DNA of 64,000 nt from an uncultured Chloroflexia bacterium (GTDB lineage Bacteria > Chloroflexota > Limnocylindria > Limnocylindrales > CSP1-4): assembly GCA_963829155.1 (NCBI GenBank), contig CAWHIA010000006.1:179161-243160 (forward strand), read 5' to 3'. The notes under the pieces were generated by a model. It was not told the origin of the DNA, made no database searches, and saw nothing but the letters and a program-made list of their open reading frames with translations. This document shows positions 63,529 to 64,000 of the stretch, piece after piece. A program made the translations under genes and the position numbers. Positions within the stretch are counted from its first letter, which is position 1, and each line of letters starts with the position of its first letter.

Positions 63529-64000
63529 CGGCGTCGCGCGTCGTCGCGCTGGCCGGCGGGGTCGGCGGCGCCAAGCTCGCGGACGGCCTCCTCGCCCACC
63601 TCGGCGATGGGCTGTCGGTGGTCGTCAACACGGGCGACGACTGCGAGCGGCACGGCCTGCTGGTGATGCCGGACCACGACACCGTGCTCTACAACCTGGC
63701 CGGGATCGAGCAGGTCGAGTGGGGCTGGGGCATCGAGGGCGACACCCACGCGACGATGGCGCAGCTGGCCGCGTACGGGGAGCCCGACTGGTTCTCGCTG
63801 GGCGACCGTGATCTCGCGCTGCACATCGCTCGGACCGCGCGGCTGCGCGCGGGCGCCCGGCTGACCGACGTGTGCCTGGGCCTGCAGGCGTCGCTGGGCG
63901 TCGTCGCGCGGATCCTGCCGATGGCCGACGAGCCGGTGCGGACCGAGGTGCTGACCGACGACGGCTGGCTCGAGTTCCAGGAGTACTTCGTGCATCGCCG
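63525..64000 (+). CDS. cofD: 2-phospho-L-lactate transferase (F420 biosynthesis), 3' partial
   Basis: Not in ORF track. Manual translation: VVALAGGVGGAKLADG, VVVNTGDD, PDHDTVLY, WFSLGDRD, FQEYFV. Confidence 0.9.
   Translation, partial: MTASRVVALAGGVGGAKLADGLLAHLGDGLSVVVNTGDDCERHGLLVMPDHDTVLYNLAGIEQVEWGWGIEGDTHATMAQLAAYGEPDWFSLGDRDLALHIARTARLRAGARLTDVCLGLQASLGVVARILPMADEPVRTEVLTDDGWLEFQEYFVHR

Overview
Very GC-rich bacterial chromosomal window, almost entirely protein-coding, with about 55 genes. The gene content (F420 genes, DUF3090/SCO1664, homodimeric AceE, XRE-nuclease) suggests a soil-type Chloroflexota such as Limnocylindria, or an Actinomycetota relative; this is inference. Many otherwise intact genes (cydA, cydD, cydC, aceE, PBP1A and others) are split by 1-nt indels, most simply explained as long-read assembly errors. 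Housekeeping content: cydABDC, ABC transporters, tdk, two class A PBPs, two PQQ/GSDH beta-propellers, a TM0106 nuclease-helicase, aceE, chrA, pncA, a 5'-3' exonuclease, mtnP and an F420 cluster ending in cofD. The best novelty candidate is at 15257-17060: an RRNPP-like peptide-signalling module apparently outside Firmicutes. It consists of a 36-aa Sec-type propeptide (predicted mature peptide DGGGGGFPKL) transcribed divergently from a stand-alone XRE HTH and an XRE-HTH+TPR receptor, with overlapping divergent promoters and an AGTCAA repeat. There are also two pairs of paralogous ncRNA candidates: 11304-11386 and 14375-14554 (shared closing stem and AGUGAUC motif, the longer one 6S-like), and a tandem pair at 48780-49099 with C-rich anti-SD-like loops. 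Other signals are a DnaA-box-like cluster, an apparent ACG start for cydA, and pervasive leaderless promoters. I saw no rRNA, tRNA, CRISPR array or transposase. All calls come from motif recognition by eye, not database searches.
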